23,478 nucleotides of DNA from a virus. This document shows positions 23,270 through 23,478 of this stretch, piece after piece. The translations under genes and the position numbers were made by a program. Below the pieces are notes generated by a model. It searched no databases. It had not been told where the DNA came from and worked only from the letters and a program-made list of their open reading frames with translations. The stretch's first letter is position 1; each line of letters opens with the position of its first letter. Location of the stretch: IMG/VR virus record IMGVR_UViG_3300038365_000177; one strand, written 5' to 3'.

Positions 23270-23478
23270 TCATTGATCCTCGATAACCAGCGAGAGCTCG
23301 CGCTGCTCGTGGATGATTATTAGTTCCCCCCGCGCCTGCGCGTCGAGGAGCTTGCATTGCTCGATTCCCCAGAGCTGGCTATTGCGGTAAAGGGTTTCTA
23401 TCTTGTTTTCAGCATCTATTTGATGGCCAGAGGTGGATGCGCACCCCGAATCTCTTCGGGCCCACCACATCTCACGGC
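23270..23478 (-). CDS. 3' end of a hypothetical protein, 5'-truncated by the window edge
   Basis: The frame is open to the edge and ends ...LIIIHEQRELSLVIEDQ. Confidence 0.5.
   Translation of the reverse strand, partial: REMWWARRDSGCASTSGHQIDAENKIETLYRNSQLWGIEQCKLLDAQARGELIIIHEQRELSLVIEDQ

Larger units (their letters stand above)
1..23478. mobile_element. Fragment of an archaeal virus/provirus-like element (both ends outside the window)
   Basis: Dense, co-oriented small ORFs coupled by ATGA/TGATG overlaps. Phage-type MTases, a tyrosine recombinase domain, RHH and Zn-finger regulators, a Rep-like gene and a block of membrane-anchored surface proteins. No housekeeping genes. Confidence 0.8.

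Noticed and set aside
23042-23273. 60-aa ORF (23042-23224) and 13-aa mini-ORF (from 23273)
   Set aside because: Weak SD spacing and non-protein-like composition. The region more likely holds the promoter/leader of the Rep-like gene.

Overview
The window looks like an internal fragment of an archaeal virus, provirus or related integrative element. The archaeal call rests on TATA-like boxes, GGAGG/GGTGA ribosome-binding sites, PKD/He_PIG surface domains and a CPBP protease. A GC-rich methanogen host such as Methanomassiliicoccales is inference only. Almost all genes lie on the minus strand in two tightly coupled operons. Right arm (23.5k to 12.7k): a wHTH-bearing protein with Rep_trans/MobT-like motifs, many small Zn-finger/Tudor/ASCH genes, two adjacent DNA methyltransferases, a CPBP protease and a catalytic-domain-only tyrosine recombinase with a non-canonical active site. 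Left arm (11.1k to <1): five secreted proteins, four of them visibly C-terminally membrane anchored. These are a paralogous pair of spike-like glycoproteins, two 7-blade ALDATHF beta-propeller proteins and a 1488-aa multidomain adhesin. No capsid, portal, terminase or tail gene is recognisable. Strongest signal: the two longest homopolymers in the window (G9, G13) each fall inside one of the two methyltransferases, and each shifts a conserved C-terminal motif out of frame, as expected for phase-variable ON/OFF switches. Homopolymer sequencing error is the main alternative. All family assignments come from motif recognition by eye, and no database searches were run.
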